Origin: Xylella taiwanensis | GTDB lineage: Bacteria; Pseudomonadota; Gammaproteobacteria; Xanthomonadales; Xanthomonadaceae | DNA: 32,000 nt | NCBI RefSeq assembly: GCF_013177435.1 | Contig: NZ_CP053627.1 | Location: 420,001-452,000 of the forward strand | Direction of reading: 5' to 3' | Shown: positions 9,490-19,714 of the stretch, in pieces | How the letters are laid out: every line of letters starts with the position of its first letter | How positions within the stretch are numbered: the first letter of the stretch is position 1 | Notes under the pieces: generated by a model | Seen by the model: the letters and a program-made list of their open reading frames with translations, nothing else | Told to the model about the DNA's origin: nothing | Databases searched by the model: none | Position numbers and translations under genes: made by a program

Positions 9490-10500
9490 ATGGCGTTGAA
9501 GCATTTTTTGAATACCCAGGACTGGAGCTGCTCTGAACTGGATGCACTGCTCACGCAAGCCCGTGCGTTCAAGCACAACAAGCTAGGGAACGCACTGAAG
9601 GACAAGTCGATCGCGTTGGTGTTCTTCAACCCGTCGATGCGTACCCGCACCAGCTTTGAACTAGGTGCGTTCCAGCTTGGTGGTCACGCCATTGTGTTAC
9701 AGCCTGGCAAGGATGCGTGGCCGATCGAGTTCCATCTGGGCACAGTGATGGAGGGGGATGCTGAGGAACACATCTCGGAAGTCGCCAGGGTCCTGGGCCG
9801 TTACGTTGACCTCATCGGCGTGCGTGCGTTCCCGAAGTTTTCGGACTGGACTTACGATCGCCAAGACATCGTGCTCAACAGTTTTGCCAAATATTCGCCG
9901 GTGCCGGTGATCAACATGGAGACCATCACCCATCCGTGTCAGGAATTGGCGCATATCATGGCGTTGCAGGAATACTTTGGCACCTCGGACTTGCGTGGCA
10001 AGAAGTACGTATTGACCTGGACTTATCACCCCAAACCGTTGAATACGGCAGTGGCCAATTCGGCACTGACCATCGCCACTCGCTTGGGGATGGATGTGAC
10101 CCTGTTGTGTCCAACGCCAGATTACGTCCTGGATGAGCGTTACATCGATTGGGCACGGCAGAACATTGCTGAGAGTGGCCGCACGTTTCAGGTCAGCCAC
10201 GACATCGACAATGCCTACCGTGGTGCCGACGTGGTTTACGCCAAGAGTTGGGGCGCACTCCCGTTCTTTGGCAACTGGGCGATGGAAAAACCGATCCGCG
10301 ACCAATACAGGCACTTTATTGTTGACGAAACCAAAATGACGTTGACCAACAACGCGGTGTTCTCGCATTGCTTGCCGTTGCGCCGTAACGTCAAGGCGAC
10401 CGATGCAGTGATGGATGCATTTAACTGCATTGCCATTCATGAGGCTGAGAACCGTCTGCACGTGCAGAAGGCAATCATGGCCATACTCGCTTCCCAATAA
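9490..10500 (+). CDS. argF': N-acetylornithine carbamoyltransferase (AOTCase, argF'-type transcarbamylase)
   Basis: ORF track 9442..10500. I prefer the ATG at 9490 ([12 protein letters not shown]). It has the carbamoyl-phosphate motif [13 protein letters not shown], plus HPCQ and HCLPLRR. The ornithine DxxxSMG loop of classical OTCase is replaced by VVYAKSWG, as in the Xanthomonas campestris enzyme. Confidence 0.9.
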   Translation: MALKHFLNTQDWSCSELDALLTQARAFKHNKLGNALKDKSIALVFFNPSMRTRTSFELGAFQLGGHAIVLQPGKDAWPIEFHLGTVMEGDAEEHISEVARVLGRYVDLIGVRAFPKFSDWTYDRQDIVLNSFAKYSPVPVINMETITHPCQELAHIMALQEYFGTSDLRGKKYVLTWTYHPKPLNTAVANSALTIATRLGMDVTLLCPTPDYVLDERYIDWARQNIAESGRTFQVSHDIDNAYRGADVVYAKSWGALPFFGNWAMEKPIRDQYRHFIVDETKMTLTNNAVFSHCLPLRRNVKATDAVMDAFNCIAIHEAENRLHVQKAIMAILASQ

Positions 10501-10528
10501 TTCACGATACTTTTTTGGAACTTCCCCC

Positions 10529-11734
10529 ATGAGCAAGAAAGACATCGTCCTGGCCTTCTCCGGCGGACTCGACACCAGCTTTTGCATCCCATACCTTCAG
10601 GAGCAAGGCTATACCGTGCACACGGTGTTTGCCGACACGGGCGGTGTCGACGAAGAGGAGCGTGACTTCATTGAGAAACGCGCGGCTGAATGTGGTGTGG
10701 CCAGCCATCTGACCGTCGATGGTGGCCCCGCGATCTGGGAGGGCTTCGTCAAGCCTTTTGTCTGGGCTAGCGAAGCCTACCAAGGCCAGTACCCGCTCCT
10801 TGTTTCTGACCGTTACTTGATTGTGGATGCTGTACTCAAACGCGCCGATGCACTGGGCACGTGTGCGATCGCCCATGGGTGTACCGGAATGGGGAACGAT
10901 CAGGTGCGTTTCGATCTTGCCATCAAGGCGCAGGGCGATTACACAATCATTGCGCCGATTCGTGAAATCCAGAAAGAACACCCCCACACCCGTACCTACG
11001 AACAGAAGTATTTGGAAGAACGTGGCTTCGGTGTCCGTGCCAAACAGAAGAACTATACGATCAATGAAAACTTACTGGGCATTACCCTGTCTGGTGGCGA
11101 GATCGACAAGTGGGAACCCCCCGGCGAGGGCGTCCGTGGCTGGTGCGCGCCGCGCAGCGCGTGGCCGACCGAGCCCCTGACGGCGGCCATCAAATTTGTT
11201 GAGGGCGAAGCCGTGGCGGTGGACGGTAAGCCGCTCCCCGGTGCTCAGATCCTGATGAAGCTCAACAAGCTTTTTGCTCCCTATGGGGTTGGCCGCGGTA
11301 TTTACACCGGCGATACCGTCATTGGCTTGAAGGGCCGCATCGTATACGAAGCGCCTGGACTGAATGCGCTGCTGACCGCACATCGTGCGCTGGAGGAGGC
11401 GGTGTTGACCAAACAGCAGAACCGCTTCAAACCGCAGGTGGCGCGTAAATGGGTTGAACTGATTTACGAAGGTTTTTTCCATGATCCGTTGAAGACGGAT
11501 TTGGAGTGTTTCTTGAAATCCTCCCAGGCCAAGGTGAACGGTGAGGTCGTGCTTGAAACCCGTGGTGGCCGTGTTGATGCCGTAGCGGTGCGCTCACCAC
11601 ACATCCTCAGCAGCAAGGGCGTGACCTATGCCCAGTCGGCCGACTGGGGTGTTGAGGAAGCCGAGGGGTTCATCAAGCTGTTTGGTATGAGCTCCACCTT
11701 ATACGCTCAGGTGAATCGCTCACTGGGCCCCTGA
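10529..11734 (+). CDS. argG: Argininosuccinate synthase
   Basis: ORF track 10415..11734. The ATG at 10529 gives [18 protein letters not shown] (ATP pyrophosphatase P-loop), 28 nt after argF'. Confidence 0.95.
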   Translation: MSKKDIVLAFSGGLDTSFCIPYLQEQGYTVHTVFADTGGVDEEERDFIEKRAAECGVASHLTVDGGPAIWEGFVKPFVWASEAYQGQYPLLVSDRYLIVDAVLKRADALGTCAIAHGCTGMGNDQVRFDLAIKAQGDYTIIAPIREIQKEHPHTRTYEQKYLEERGFGVRAKQKNYTINENLLGITLSGGEIDKWEPPGEGVRGWCAPRSAWPTEPLTAAIKFVEGEAVAVDGKPLPGAQILMKLNKLFAPYGVGRGIYTGDTVIGLKGRIVYEAPGLNALLTAHRALEEAVLTKQQNRFKPQVARKWVELIYEGFFHDPLKTDLECFLKSSQAKVNGEVVLETRGGRVDAVAVRSPHILSSKGVTYAQSADWGVEEAEGFIKLFGMSSTLYAQVNRSLGP

Positions 11735-12090
11735 CCTTGGCGTGCAACCGTAGGCGCCTTGTCGTACGGCAGTGCTTTTGTTCCTTGTGCCAACGGCCTT
11801 GTTCACATACCGGAGCAGGGACATACCATTTGTTTTCACTTGTCTGGACGCGGTCCATGAGCCCACCTTGCAGCAGCACCGCAAAAAACATGTGTTGGAG
11901 ATGGAACCTGCATTCCGTCATTTCCTGGATGACGCAATGCACGGACACTGTTGTCTTCCCCTTTAGACAACGCTATCCCGCTGCGTGCATCGCCAGCCGT
12001 GAGCAACTGTATCGATGCAGCAGGGCAGATGATGTTCATACGCAGGGTCATCGATCGTTTTATATAAGGCGCTTGCATATTGCTGAAGTC

Positions 12091-12120
12091 ATCCCTCCGC
12101 CAGTGCAACGGCGGAGGGAT
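12091..12120. other. Perfect 11-bp stem / 8-nt loop hairpin in the argG-argE' spacer
   Basis: atccctccgcc-agtgcaac-ggcggagggat, read directly. There is no clear T-run (followed by attctgcc). Confidence 0.4.
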
Positions 12121-12481
12121 ATTCTGCCGGCCATAGGTGACATTGATGGAGTATCTCTCCAACCCCATGTTGACGTACCGCTTGCGTCACAGCGGCTGCC
12201 CGACCCGATGCGGCCTGACCTTACCGGGCACGTGTGGCGATGCATGACAGGGTGCAACCGGCAGTGGAGATCACCATGTGTTTTGTTTCCACAGGCAGTG
12301 AGCGCAGTGCATGATCGCCTACAGCGATATTCCAAGAGCGGATTGTCTGCGGTACTGGCGATGCTGGCGTGCTTGACGTGTTGCACATCGCACCTGCGAT
12401 GCTGTGCTTGCAGCGTGCGATGCCCGTCTGCCTGCGCCCGTCCCAGCTTGGCTACTTCAGCGTCTCTATGAAGGCCGGTAC

Positions 12482-13573
12482 ATGAGTGTGTTGCTGGATA
12501 GCACCCTGAATCACCTTGAGCAATTGGTATCCTTCGATACCCGTAACCCGCCGCGCGCCATCGGTACCGACGGGATCTTCTCCTATGTGACGGCCCACCT
12601 GCCGGGCTTCCATCTTGAAACGACGGATCATGGCGCCGGTGCGGTCAGCCTGTATGCCGTGCGTGGCGCCCCCAAGATCCTATTCAATGTACACCTGGAT
12701 ACGGTCCCGGATTCGCCGGCATGGAGTGCGGATCCACATGTGATGCGCCGTACTGCAGATCGCGTCATTGGGTTGGGTGTGTGTGACATCAAGGGCGCTG
12801 CGGCGGCACTGTTGGCCGCGGTCCAGGCGAGTGATGGCGCTGCCGCGCTCCTGTTTACCTCCGACGAGGAGGCGAACGATCCGCGCGGCGTCGCCGCCTT
12901 CCTGAAACGCGGTATACCTTATGAAGCCGTCTTGGTGGCCGAGCCGACCATGAGTCAAGCCGTGCTGGCACATCGCGGTATCAGTGCGGTCTCGATGACA
13001 TTTACCGGCTGCGCCGGTCATGCTGCGGGCGAACAACCACCCGCTGCCAGTGCCCTGCATCAGGCGATGCGCTGGGGCGTCCGTGCCCTTGATTACGCCG
13101 CCTCATTGGCCCATGAGCGTTTCGGTGGTTTGACGGGGCTGCGTTTCAACATCGGACGGCTCGAAGGAGGTATCAAAGCCAATATGATTGCACCGACCGC
13201 CGAAGTGCGTTTTGGCGTCCGTCCCTTGCCATCCATGGATGTGGATCAACTCCTGGCGACCTTCGCTGGGTTTGCGATACCGGCGGCGTCCTTCCAAGAA
13301 ACGTTCCGCGGACCCAGCTTACCGTCCGGTGGTATAGCAGCGGCTGAGGCGCGGCGGCTGGCGGCCCGTGATGTGGCTGAGGTACTGGGCTTACCGATGG
13401 GTCATGCGGTGGACTTCTGGACAGAGGCTTCACTCTTTTCGGCTTGTGGCTACACTGCCCTGGTCTACGGACCAGGAGATATTGCCCAGGCGCACACTGC
13501 CGACGAATTTGTCACGCTCCAGCAGTTGCAGCGCTACGCCGCATCGGTCCATCGCATCATCAGTACCTCGTAA
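12482..13573 (+). CDS. argE': M20-family deacetylase ArgE' (acetylcitrulline/acetylornithine deacetylase)
   Basis: ORF track 12404..13573. The ATG at 12482 gives [25 protein letters not shown]20 metal-ligand motifs are present: [22 protein letters not shown]. Its position next to argF' fits the acetylated route. Confidence 0.85.
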   Translation: MSVLLDSTLNHLEQLVSFDTRNPPRAIGTDGIFSYVTAHLPGFHLETTDHGAGAVSLYAVRGAPKILFNVHLDTVPDSPAWSADPHVMRRTADRVIGLGVCDIKGAAAALLAAVQASDGAAALLFTSDEEANDPRGVAAFLKRGIPYEAVLVAEPTMSQAVLAHRGISAVSMTFTGCAGHAAGEQPPAASALHQAMRWGVRALDYAASLAHERFGGLTGLRFNIGRLEGGIKANMIAPTAEVRFGVRPLPSMDVDQLLATFAGFAIPAASFQETFRGPSLPSGGIAAAEARRLAARDVAEVLGLPMGHAVDFWTEASLFSACGYTALVYGPGDIAQAHTADEFVTLQQLQRYAASVHRIISTS

Positions 13574-13637
13574 TTCTCGTTCTCATCACTTATTGGGCGC
13601 CGTCAGGCGTGTCCGTCCTTCCATCACCGCGAATGCA

Positions 13638-14954
13638 ATGCACGCCAACATACAGACTCGACAGACCATCATTCGCCTGCTGTCAAGCATGGCCAGCGCT
13701 AAAGAAATCAGCCAATACCTCAAGCGTTTCTCACAGTTGGACGCCAAGCGTTTTGCCCTGGTCAAAGTGGGCGGTGCAGTACTGCGCGACGATTTGGAGG
13801 CGTTGACCTCTTCCCTCTCATTCCTGCAAGACGTTGGTCTGACGCCGATTGTTCTGCATGGTGTCGGCCCGCAGTTAGACAAAGAATTAGCTGCTGCCGG
13901 CATTCACAAGCAGACCGTCAACGGCTTACGTGTGACCTTGCCGGAGACAATGGCGATCGTCCGCAAAGTCTTTCATGCCTCCAACCTTGAACTAGTCGAA
14001 GCGTTACAGCGCAACGGTGCACGCGCCACCTCGATCATTGGGGGCGTGTTCGAGGCGCACTACCTGGACCTAGAGACCTACGGCCTCGTCGGCGGCATCA
14101 CAGCCGTCAACCTCGCCCCGATCGAGGCCAGCCTCCGTGCCGCTTCGATTCCGGTGATGACGAGCCTGGGCGAGACACCCAGTGGACAGATTCTCAATGT
14201 CAACGCTGATGTGGCTGCCAATGAATTGGTGCAAGTCCTCAAGCCTTACAAAATCATTTTTCTCACCGGCACCGGCGGTTTACTTGATGCTGATGGAAAA
14301 CTCATTGATTCAATCAACCTGTCTACCGAATACGAACAACTGATCCAGCAGCCCTGGGTCTATGGCGGCATGAAAGTCAAGATTGAGCAGATCAAACACC
14401 TCCTCGATCGGCTGCCGTTGGAATCTTCGGTGTCCATCACCCGTCCTGCTGATCTAGCCAAAGAATTGTTTACTCACAAAGGCTCCGGCACGCTGGTGCG
14501 GCGTGGCGAGCGGGTACGGCGCGTGACGGCATGGAAGGACTTGGACTTGCTGCGCCTCCAGCACCTCATCGAATCCAGTTTCGGCCGCGCCCTGGTCCCG
14601 GATTACTTTGAAAAAACCCCCTTACTGCGCGCATATGTCAGCGAGAACTACCGCGCTGCGGTGATCCTGACCGACGTTGGCGACGTGCCATACCTAGATA
14701 AATTTGCCGTGCTGGACGACGCGCAGGGGGAAGGGCTGGGCCGTGCAGTGTGGAGTGTGATGCGCGAAGAAACGCCGCAGCTGTTCTGGCGTTCCCGCCA
14801 CAACAACCCAGCCAATGTTTTTTACTACGCGGAATCCGATGGCTGCTACAAACAGGAACACTGGAAGGTCTTTTGGAGTGGACTGCACAACTTTGAACAG
14901 ATCCAGCCATGCGTGGCCCACTGTGCCCTGCACCCCCGGACCCTGGAGGATTGA
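13638..14954 (+). CDS. argB: Bifunctional N-acetylglutamate synthase/kinase (amino-acid kinase domain plus C-terminal GNAT-like domain)
   Basis: ORF track 13368..14954. The ATG at 13638 ([15 protein letters not shown]) clears the argE' overlap. The kinase domain shows [10 protein letters not shown]...[10 protein letters not shown]. The C-terminal ~150 aa carry an acetyl-CoA-type motif, [14 protein letters not shown]. Confidence 0.85.
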   Translation: MHANIQTRQTIIRLLSSMASAKEISQYLKRFSQLDAKRFALVKVGGAVLRDDLEALTSSLSFLQDVGLTPIVLHGVGPQLDKELAAAGIHKQTVNGLRVTLPETMAIVRKVFHASNLELVEALQRNGARATSIIGGVFEAHYLDLETYGLVGGITAVNLAPIEASLRAASIPVMTSLGETPSGQILNVNADVAANELVQVLKPYKIIFLTGTGGLLDADGKLIDSINLSTEYEQLIQQPWVYGGMKVKIEQIKHLLDRLPLESSVSITRPADLAKELFTHKGSGTLVRRGERVRRVTAWKDLDLLRLQHLIESSFGRALVPDYFEKTPLLRAYVSENYRAAVILTDVGDVPYLDKFAVLDDAQGEGLGRAVWSVMREETPQLFWRSRHNNPANVFYYAESDGCYKQEHWKVFWSGLHNFEQIQPCVAHCALHPRTLED

Positions 14955-15144
14955 AGATGCTCCATGACCCGCTACGGCGGGGCTACCCTGAACTACCACG
15001 GCGCTGCAGTGCACCTGCCATCCTAGCCTTGTCACAGAGACGTGCTGCGATGACTGGGACACCGCGATCCTCAGCAGTGGCCCAGAGACACCAGCGTACC
15101 GGCCCCGGAATGCATTGCGGCATCCCCGATACCGCATTGCGGAA

Positions 15145-15165
15145 ACACCGCCAAGCAGGCGGTGT
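15145..15165 (+). terminator. Weak hairpin after argA/B (acaccgcc-aagca-ggcggtgt)
   Basis: An 8-bp perfect stem read directly, followed by gccgcgtttgg (poor T-run). Confidence 0.25.
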
Positions 15166-15264
15166 GCCGCGTTTGGTCTGCATCGCGTACCGGAGCCACG
15201 TTGCTATTGATACTGAAGAGCCAGACGTGAATGCACAGCAGGCTGTCCACATAAAAACCAAAAC

Positions 15265-16221
15265 ATGAGCAACACCACATTCACCCTTGGCATCGTGGGC
15301 GCCCGCGGCTATACCGGCGCCGAATTAATCAGACTGCTGGCCGAGCATCCCGCGATTGAACTGATGTTTGTGTCTTCACGTGAGCTGGATGGCCAGCCAG
15401 TGGCGGCACACAACTCCGCTTACCGCGGCGATCTTTGTTTTGCAACCCTCGATCCGGCAGCCGTGGCGGCCAAGAGGGCTGATGCCGTGGTCCTGGCCTT
15501 GCCCAATGGCAACGCTGCCGCTTACGTGCAGGCCATCCATGCCACCGCACCACGCACCATCATCATCGATTTATCCGCAGACACCCGTTTCGATCCAGAC
15601 TGGTATTACGGCCTCCCGGAACTGACCCGGCACACCTACACCGGGCAGACACGCCTCAGTAACCCAGGCTGCTATGCCACCGCCATGCAACTGGCGATTG
15701 CCCCACTGCGGGACCACTTGGCCGGCCCACCGCAGTGCTTTGGCGTATCCGGCTATTCCGGTGCTGGGACCACCCCCTCAGACAAAAACAACGTGGCATT
15801 GCTACGTGACAACCTGATGCCATACGCACTCACGGATCACCTGCACGAGCGCGAAGTCAGCACGCAGCTCGGTATCCCCGTCGAATTCATGCCCCACGTG
15901 GCCCCGCATTTCCGCGGCATCACCTTGACCGCCAACCTGTGGCTGCAACGCCCCCTCACCCGCGAACACATCAAGACCCTGTACACAGCCCGTTATGCCA
16001 ACGAACCCCTGGTCGACATCATCGACCCAGCCCCCTGGGTCAGCCAGATTGCGGCGCGTCATGGCGTGCAGATCGGCGCCTTCACGATGGCGCCCGGCAA
16101 CAAGCGCGTGGTGGTGGTGGCCACCTTGGATAATTTACTGAAGGGAGCGGCGACCCAGGCATTGCAAAACCTCAACCGTGCCCTCGGCCTAGACGAATTC
16201 ACCGCCATTCCTTTGCACTGA
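15265..16221 (+). CDS. argC: N-acetyl-gamma-glutamyl-phosphate reductase
   Basis: ORF track 318 aa. It has the Rossmann N-terminus [17 protein letters not shown] and the active-site Cys in SNPGCYATA. Confidence 0.93.
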   Translation: MSNTTFTLGIVGARGYTGAELIRLLAEHPAIELMFVSSRELDGQPVAAHNSAYRGDLCFATLDPAAVAAKRADAVVLALPNGNAAAYVQAIHATAPRTIIIDLSADTRFDPDWYYGLPELTRHTYTGQTRLSNPGCYATAMQLAIAPLRDHLAGPPQCFGVSGYSGAGTTPSDKNNVALLRDNLMPYALTDHLHEREVSTQLGIPVEFMPHVAPHFRGITLTANLWLQRPLTREHIKTLYTARYANEPLVDIIDPAPWVSQIAARHGVQIGAFTMAPGNKRVVVVATLDNLLKGAATQALQNLNRALGLDEFTAIPLH

Positions 16222-16297
16222 AGCGCCCCGCAGCGCCGCGGCGGTAAACAACCCTTGCATAATGAACGCCCCAGCCGGCTTCATGGACACAACAACA

Positions 16298-17626
16298 ATG
16301 GCGACCCTGTTATGGCAGAAACCCGGCGTGGCAGTTGACGCCAACATTCAGGCGTTCCTGGCCGCTGACGATGTCCTGTTAGACCGCGAATTCTTCCTTT
16401 ACGACATCGCTGCCAGCACCGCCCATGCGCAAGGCCTACAGCGCATTGGCATCCTCTCACCGGATGAATTGGATGGCTTGTTGTGTGAGCTGGAAGTGCT
16501 CGCCACGGAGTACCGCAACGGCGCATTCGTACTGGATGCACAGTACGAGGACGGCCACTCAGCGATTGAAAGCCGTTTGACCGAACGCCTCGGGGATACC
16601 GGCCGCAAGATTCACACCGGCCGCAGCCGGAACGACCAAATCCTAGTGGCGACCCGCTTATGGCTCAAGGACAGGCTCGCGCATCTAGGTGCCTTGAACC
16701 GTGACATTGCCCAACGTGCATTACAGCGTGCCGCCGCAGAACAGCACCTGCCGATGCCCGGTTACACCCATCTGCAGCGCGCCGTGGTGTCCTCGGCGGG
16801 CATGTGGTGGGCCGGTTGGGCGGAGGCCTTCATCGATAACGCGGTGCGTGCCGCCGATACCCTAGCCCTGATCGATTGCAATCCCCTCGGCACTGCGGCC
16901 GGCTATGGCGTCAACATCCCGCTGGACCGTGCTCATACCACCGCCGCACTCGGCTTTGCACGGTTGCAGGTGAATCCCATCAGTGCACAACTGTCGCGCG
17001 GCAAGTTCGAACTGGCCGCATTGGAAGCGCTGGGGAGTGCCACCTTGGATCTGCGCCGTATCGCTTGGGATCTCTCCTTGTTTACCAGCAGCGAATTCGC
17101 TTTCATCGCCTTACCGCCTGAATACAGCACCGGCAGCTCGATCATGCCCAACAAGCGCAACCCGGACGTGATCGAACTGATGCGCGCCACGCATGCCAGC
17201 GTGGCCGCCGCACGCACCGAGATTGAACAACTCCTGTCACTGCCGTCCGGCTATCACCGCGATCTCCAGAGCAGCAAAGGGGCGGTCGTCCGTGGCTTCA
17301 GCCGCGGCCTGGCAGCGTTGCAGCTCTTGCCGGCCCTACTGTCCCGCCTGGAGTGGCGCGAAGCCAGTCTGCGTGCAGCGATCGATGCGGGCATGTATGC
17401 CACTGATGCGGCGATCGAAGCGGCCGTGGCGGGCGTTCCATTCCGTGAGGCCTACCAGATCGCCGCCACAGCGGCCGGTGCCGCTGCGCAGGGCCGCACC
17501 CCGGAAGGCAGCCTCACCGCACGTGTCTCTCCAGGCGCTGCCGCTGATTTGTGCCTGGATGCGTTGCATGCCCGTTGGCAGACGTTGGTGCAACCCACGT
17601 CCATGTGTGGGAGCGATGCGCGATGA
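16298..17626 (+). CDS. argH: Argininosuccinate lyase
   Basis: ORF track 16262..17626. [10 protein letters not shown] at 16298 fits the usual ArgH N-terminus, but the starts at 16262 and 16283 cannot be excluded. Fumarate-lyase signature [12 protein letters not shown]. The last ~110 nt belong to copy 1 of the downstream tandem repeat. Confidence 0.93.
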   Translation: MATLLWQKPGVAVDANIQAFLAADDVLLDREFFLYDIAASTAHAQGLQRIGILSPDELDGLLCELEVLATEYRNGAFVLDAQYEDGHSAIESRLTERLGDTGRKIHTGRSRNDQILVATRLWLKDRLAHLGALNRDIAQRALQRAAAEQHLPMPGYTHLQRAVVSSAGMWWAGWAEAFIDNAVRAADTLALIDCNPLGTAAGYGVNIPLDRAHTTAALGFARLQVNPISAQLSRGKFELAALEALGSATLDLRRIAWDLSLFTSSEFAFIALPPEYSTGSSIMPNKRNPDVIELMRATHASVAAARTEIEQLLSLPSGYHRDLQSSKGAVVRGFSRGLAALQLLPALLSRLEWREASLRAAIDAGMYATDAAIEAAVAGVPFREAYQIAATAAGAAAQGRTPEGSLTARVSPGAAADLCLDALHARWQTLVQPTSMCGSDAR

Positions 17627-17946
17627 GCTGCCGTTGCAGAGTATCCCGTTGCGCTTGTCGGGGATTCGGACAGCCGCACCGCCTGCGTCTTTCCGGGTAC
17701 TGCCGCCGTGGTGTATGCCTGGATGCGTTCCATGCTGGTTGGGAAACGCTGGAGCAGCCCACTTCTATGTGTGGGAGCGATGCGCGATGAGCCGCCGCTT
17801 CATGGTGCCCAGCTGCGCTCGTCGGGGATTCAGACGGCGTCTCTTTGGGCACCGCCGCCCGCTGTTGCTTGGATGTGTTGCAGGCCCGTTGGGAACCGTT
17901 GGTGCAGTCTGTCTGCATGCGTGCACGGGAGGCGTCCGATGAGTGA
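17515..17946 (+). repeat. Degenerate tandem repeat, ~2.6 copies (periods 164 and 150 nt), derived from the argH 3' end
   Basis: Anchors: tgcctggatgcgtt at 17552 and 17716 (tgcttggatgtgtt at 17866), and gtcggggattc at 17657 and 17821. A 26-nt block is identical at 17603-17628 and 17767-17792. Confidence 0.85.
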
Positions 17947-18100
17947 CCGCCTCGGAGATCGCCATAGCACTGACCAGGGATCCAAGCGCATCGGTGCCTT
18001 GGCCGCAAGACAGAGGCGCCGCGCTCCGGCTCGCGGCGCATCCACCACCATGCCCATGCTCACCGTGCATGCACAGAACGTGTGTTGAGCCTGCCCCGTC

Positions 18101-19261
18101 ATGATCGACACCCATCCCCACACCGCATCTCGCTTCTCTGAACAACGGATCCCCGTATGGCGCAGGGCCGTCCTCAAAGTGGGCAGCAGTCTGCTCGCCG
18201 CTGATGGCGGCGGCCTCTCACCGCGCTTTGCACTGGGTTTGGCACACTTCGTCTCGGCCAACCTGGCCGTCGGGCGTGAACTGGTGATCGTCTCCTCTGG
18301 GGCGGTCGCGGCCGGGCGCGCCGTGATCCCGCGTCTGGCCGAATCTGGGAGCGCCCTAGCGGCGCGCCAGGCGTTGGCCGCCCTTGGCCAAGCGCAACTC
18401 ATCGAACTATGGCAGCGCTTCTTCGACCGTCCAGTGGCCCAGGTGTTGCTGACCCACGACGACCTGCGTAACCGCCGCCGCTACCTGAATGCCCGTGCGA
18501 CGTTGCGTGAATTACTGCGGCTGGGTGCCTTGCCAGTGGTCAATGAGAACGACACCGTTTCGGTCGACGAGCTGAAGCTGGGCGACAACGATAACCTCGC
18601 GGCGATTGTTGCTGCGCTGGTCGATGCCGAAGCGTTATTTATCGCCACCGATATCGACGGTTTATACAGCGCCGACCCACGCCGCCATCCTGATGCACAG
18701 CCGTTGAATGAGGTCCGCGCGTTGACCCCCGAGGTGCTCGCCATGGCGGGCGGCAGCGGCAGTGGTGTCGGCACCGGCGGCATGCGTACCAAACTTGAGG
18801 CGGCGGCCAAAGCGGGTGCGGCAGGCATTGAGACGTATTTGTTTAATGGGCGCAGCGCTGAGGTGGTACGCGCTCTGGCGCAACACCGGCTCTGCGGCAC
18901 GCGGATCCATGCAGGGTGTACCCGCATTGCGGCGCGTAAATATTGGTTGCGTCACGCCCCGGTGGAGCCGGGGGTGATTTTCATTGATGCCGGTGCGGCG
19001 ATGGCCTTGGCACAGCAGGGCGCTTCGTTGCTTCCGGGCGGCGTGTGTGGTGCTGCAGGTGAGTTCCGCCGTGGCGATATGGTCCAGATGGGTACACGTG
19101 GCGCAGATGACCAGGTCCAGCTGCTGGCCCGCGGTATCGTCCAATACTCGGCGGCGGATGTGCGCCGCATGGCTGGTTGCCATTCCCGCGATATCGAGGC
19201 GTTGCTCGGCTACACCTATGGCGGGAATGTTGTCCACCGCGATGATTTAGTGCTCCTCTGA
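18101..19261 (+). CDS. proB: Glutamate 5-kinase with a C-terminal PUA domain
   Basis: ORF track 386 aa. Motifs: RAVLKVGSSLL, IVSSGAVAAGR, VNENDTV, TGGMRTKLEAA. The C-terminal PUA-like segment reads FIDAGAAMAL..GASLLPGGV. Confidence 0.93.
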   Translation: MIDTHPHTASRFSEQRIPVWRRAVLKVGSSLLAADGGGLSPRFALGLAHFVSANLAVGRELVIVSSGAVAAGRAVIPRLAESGSALAARQALAALGQAQLIELWQRFFDRPVAQVLLTHDDLRNRRRYLNARATLRELLRLGALPVVNENDTVSVDELKLGDNDNLAAIVAALVDAEALFIATDIDGLYSADPRRHPDAQPLNEVRALTPEVLAMAGGSGSGVGTGGMRTKLEAAAKAGAAGIETYLFNGRSAEVVRALAQHRLCGTRIHAGCTRIAARKYWLRHAPVEPGVIFIDAGAAMALAQQGASLLPGGVCGAAGEFRRGDMVQMGTRGADDQVQLLARGIVQYSAADVRRMAGCHSRDIEALLGYTYGGNVVHRDDLVLL

Positions 19262-19714
19262 GCGGCGTGTTGTGGATCTCGTGATGTTTTGCTGCAGGGG
19301 CTGTCTCCAGCTTTGCGAAGACAGACCGCATGCGTGCTCTTTCCGTCCGGGTTGCCGTGTTCCCAAGGGCGCGATGCCGCGGTCCAATGACAGCGCTCCT
19401 CGTCAGGAGATGATTCCCCTGAAAGAGACAGTGAACGACATCTCATCCCCCTCAATAGAATGTCCGATGCGGCCTGCAAACGGTGCCTTGCCGCAGATGA
19501 CACGTTCTGGCACGGTGCAACGCATCTGTTTACTGCGTTCAGCGGCCTGAGATGATGCCGCGCATGAGCGATCCATGTCAGCAAGAACGCTTGCACAACA
19601 CGGCCCCATCCGGTGTCAGGTGCGTGAGCGTTCTACGGCCCGGTTCGATGCTTGGAATGCAGGGCGCGGTGTATGGCGCGCAACATCTTTCCTCTTTTAG
19701 TCACGGTCCCACGT

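Noticed and set aside
9697-10587. 296-aa antisense ORF opposite argF'
   Set aside because: It lies fully within a confidently identified gene on the other strand and has no recognisable features.
11737-12471. 244-aa ORF filling the argG-argE' gap
   Set aside because: It has a Cys/Arg/Ser-rich composition, no motif and no Shine-Dalgarno sequence. It is overlapped by two antisense ORFs of similar length and runs into the argE' start. I treat it as a chance open frame in GC-rich DNA.
17193-18402. Several 80-250-aa ORFs on both strands across the argH 3' end, the repeats and the proB 5' end (17193..17942, 17514..18041, 17708..18088, 17765..18145, 17830..18402)
   Set aside because: They are alternative or antisense frames of argH and proB, or read-through of the GC-rich tandem repeat. 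Their internal peptide repeats simply mirror the DNA repeat.
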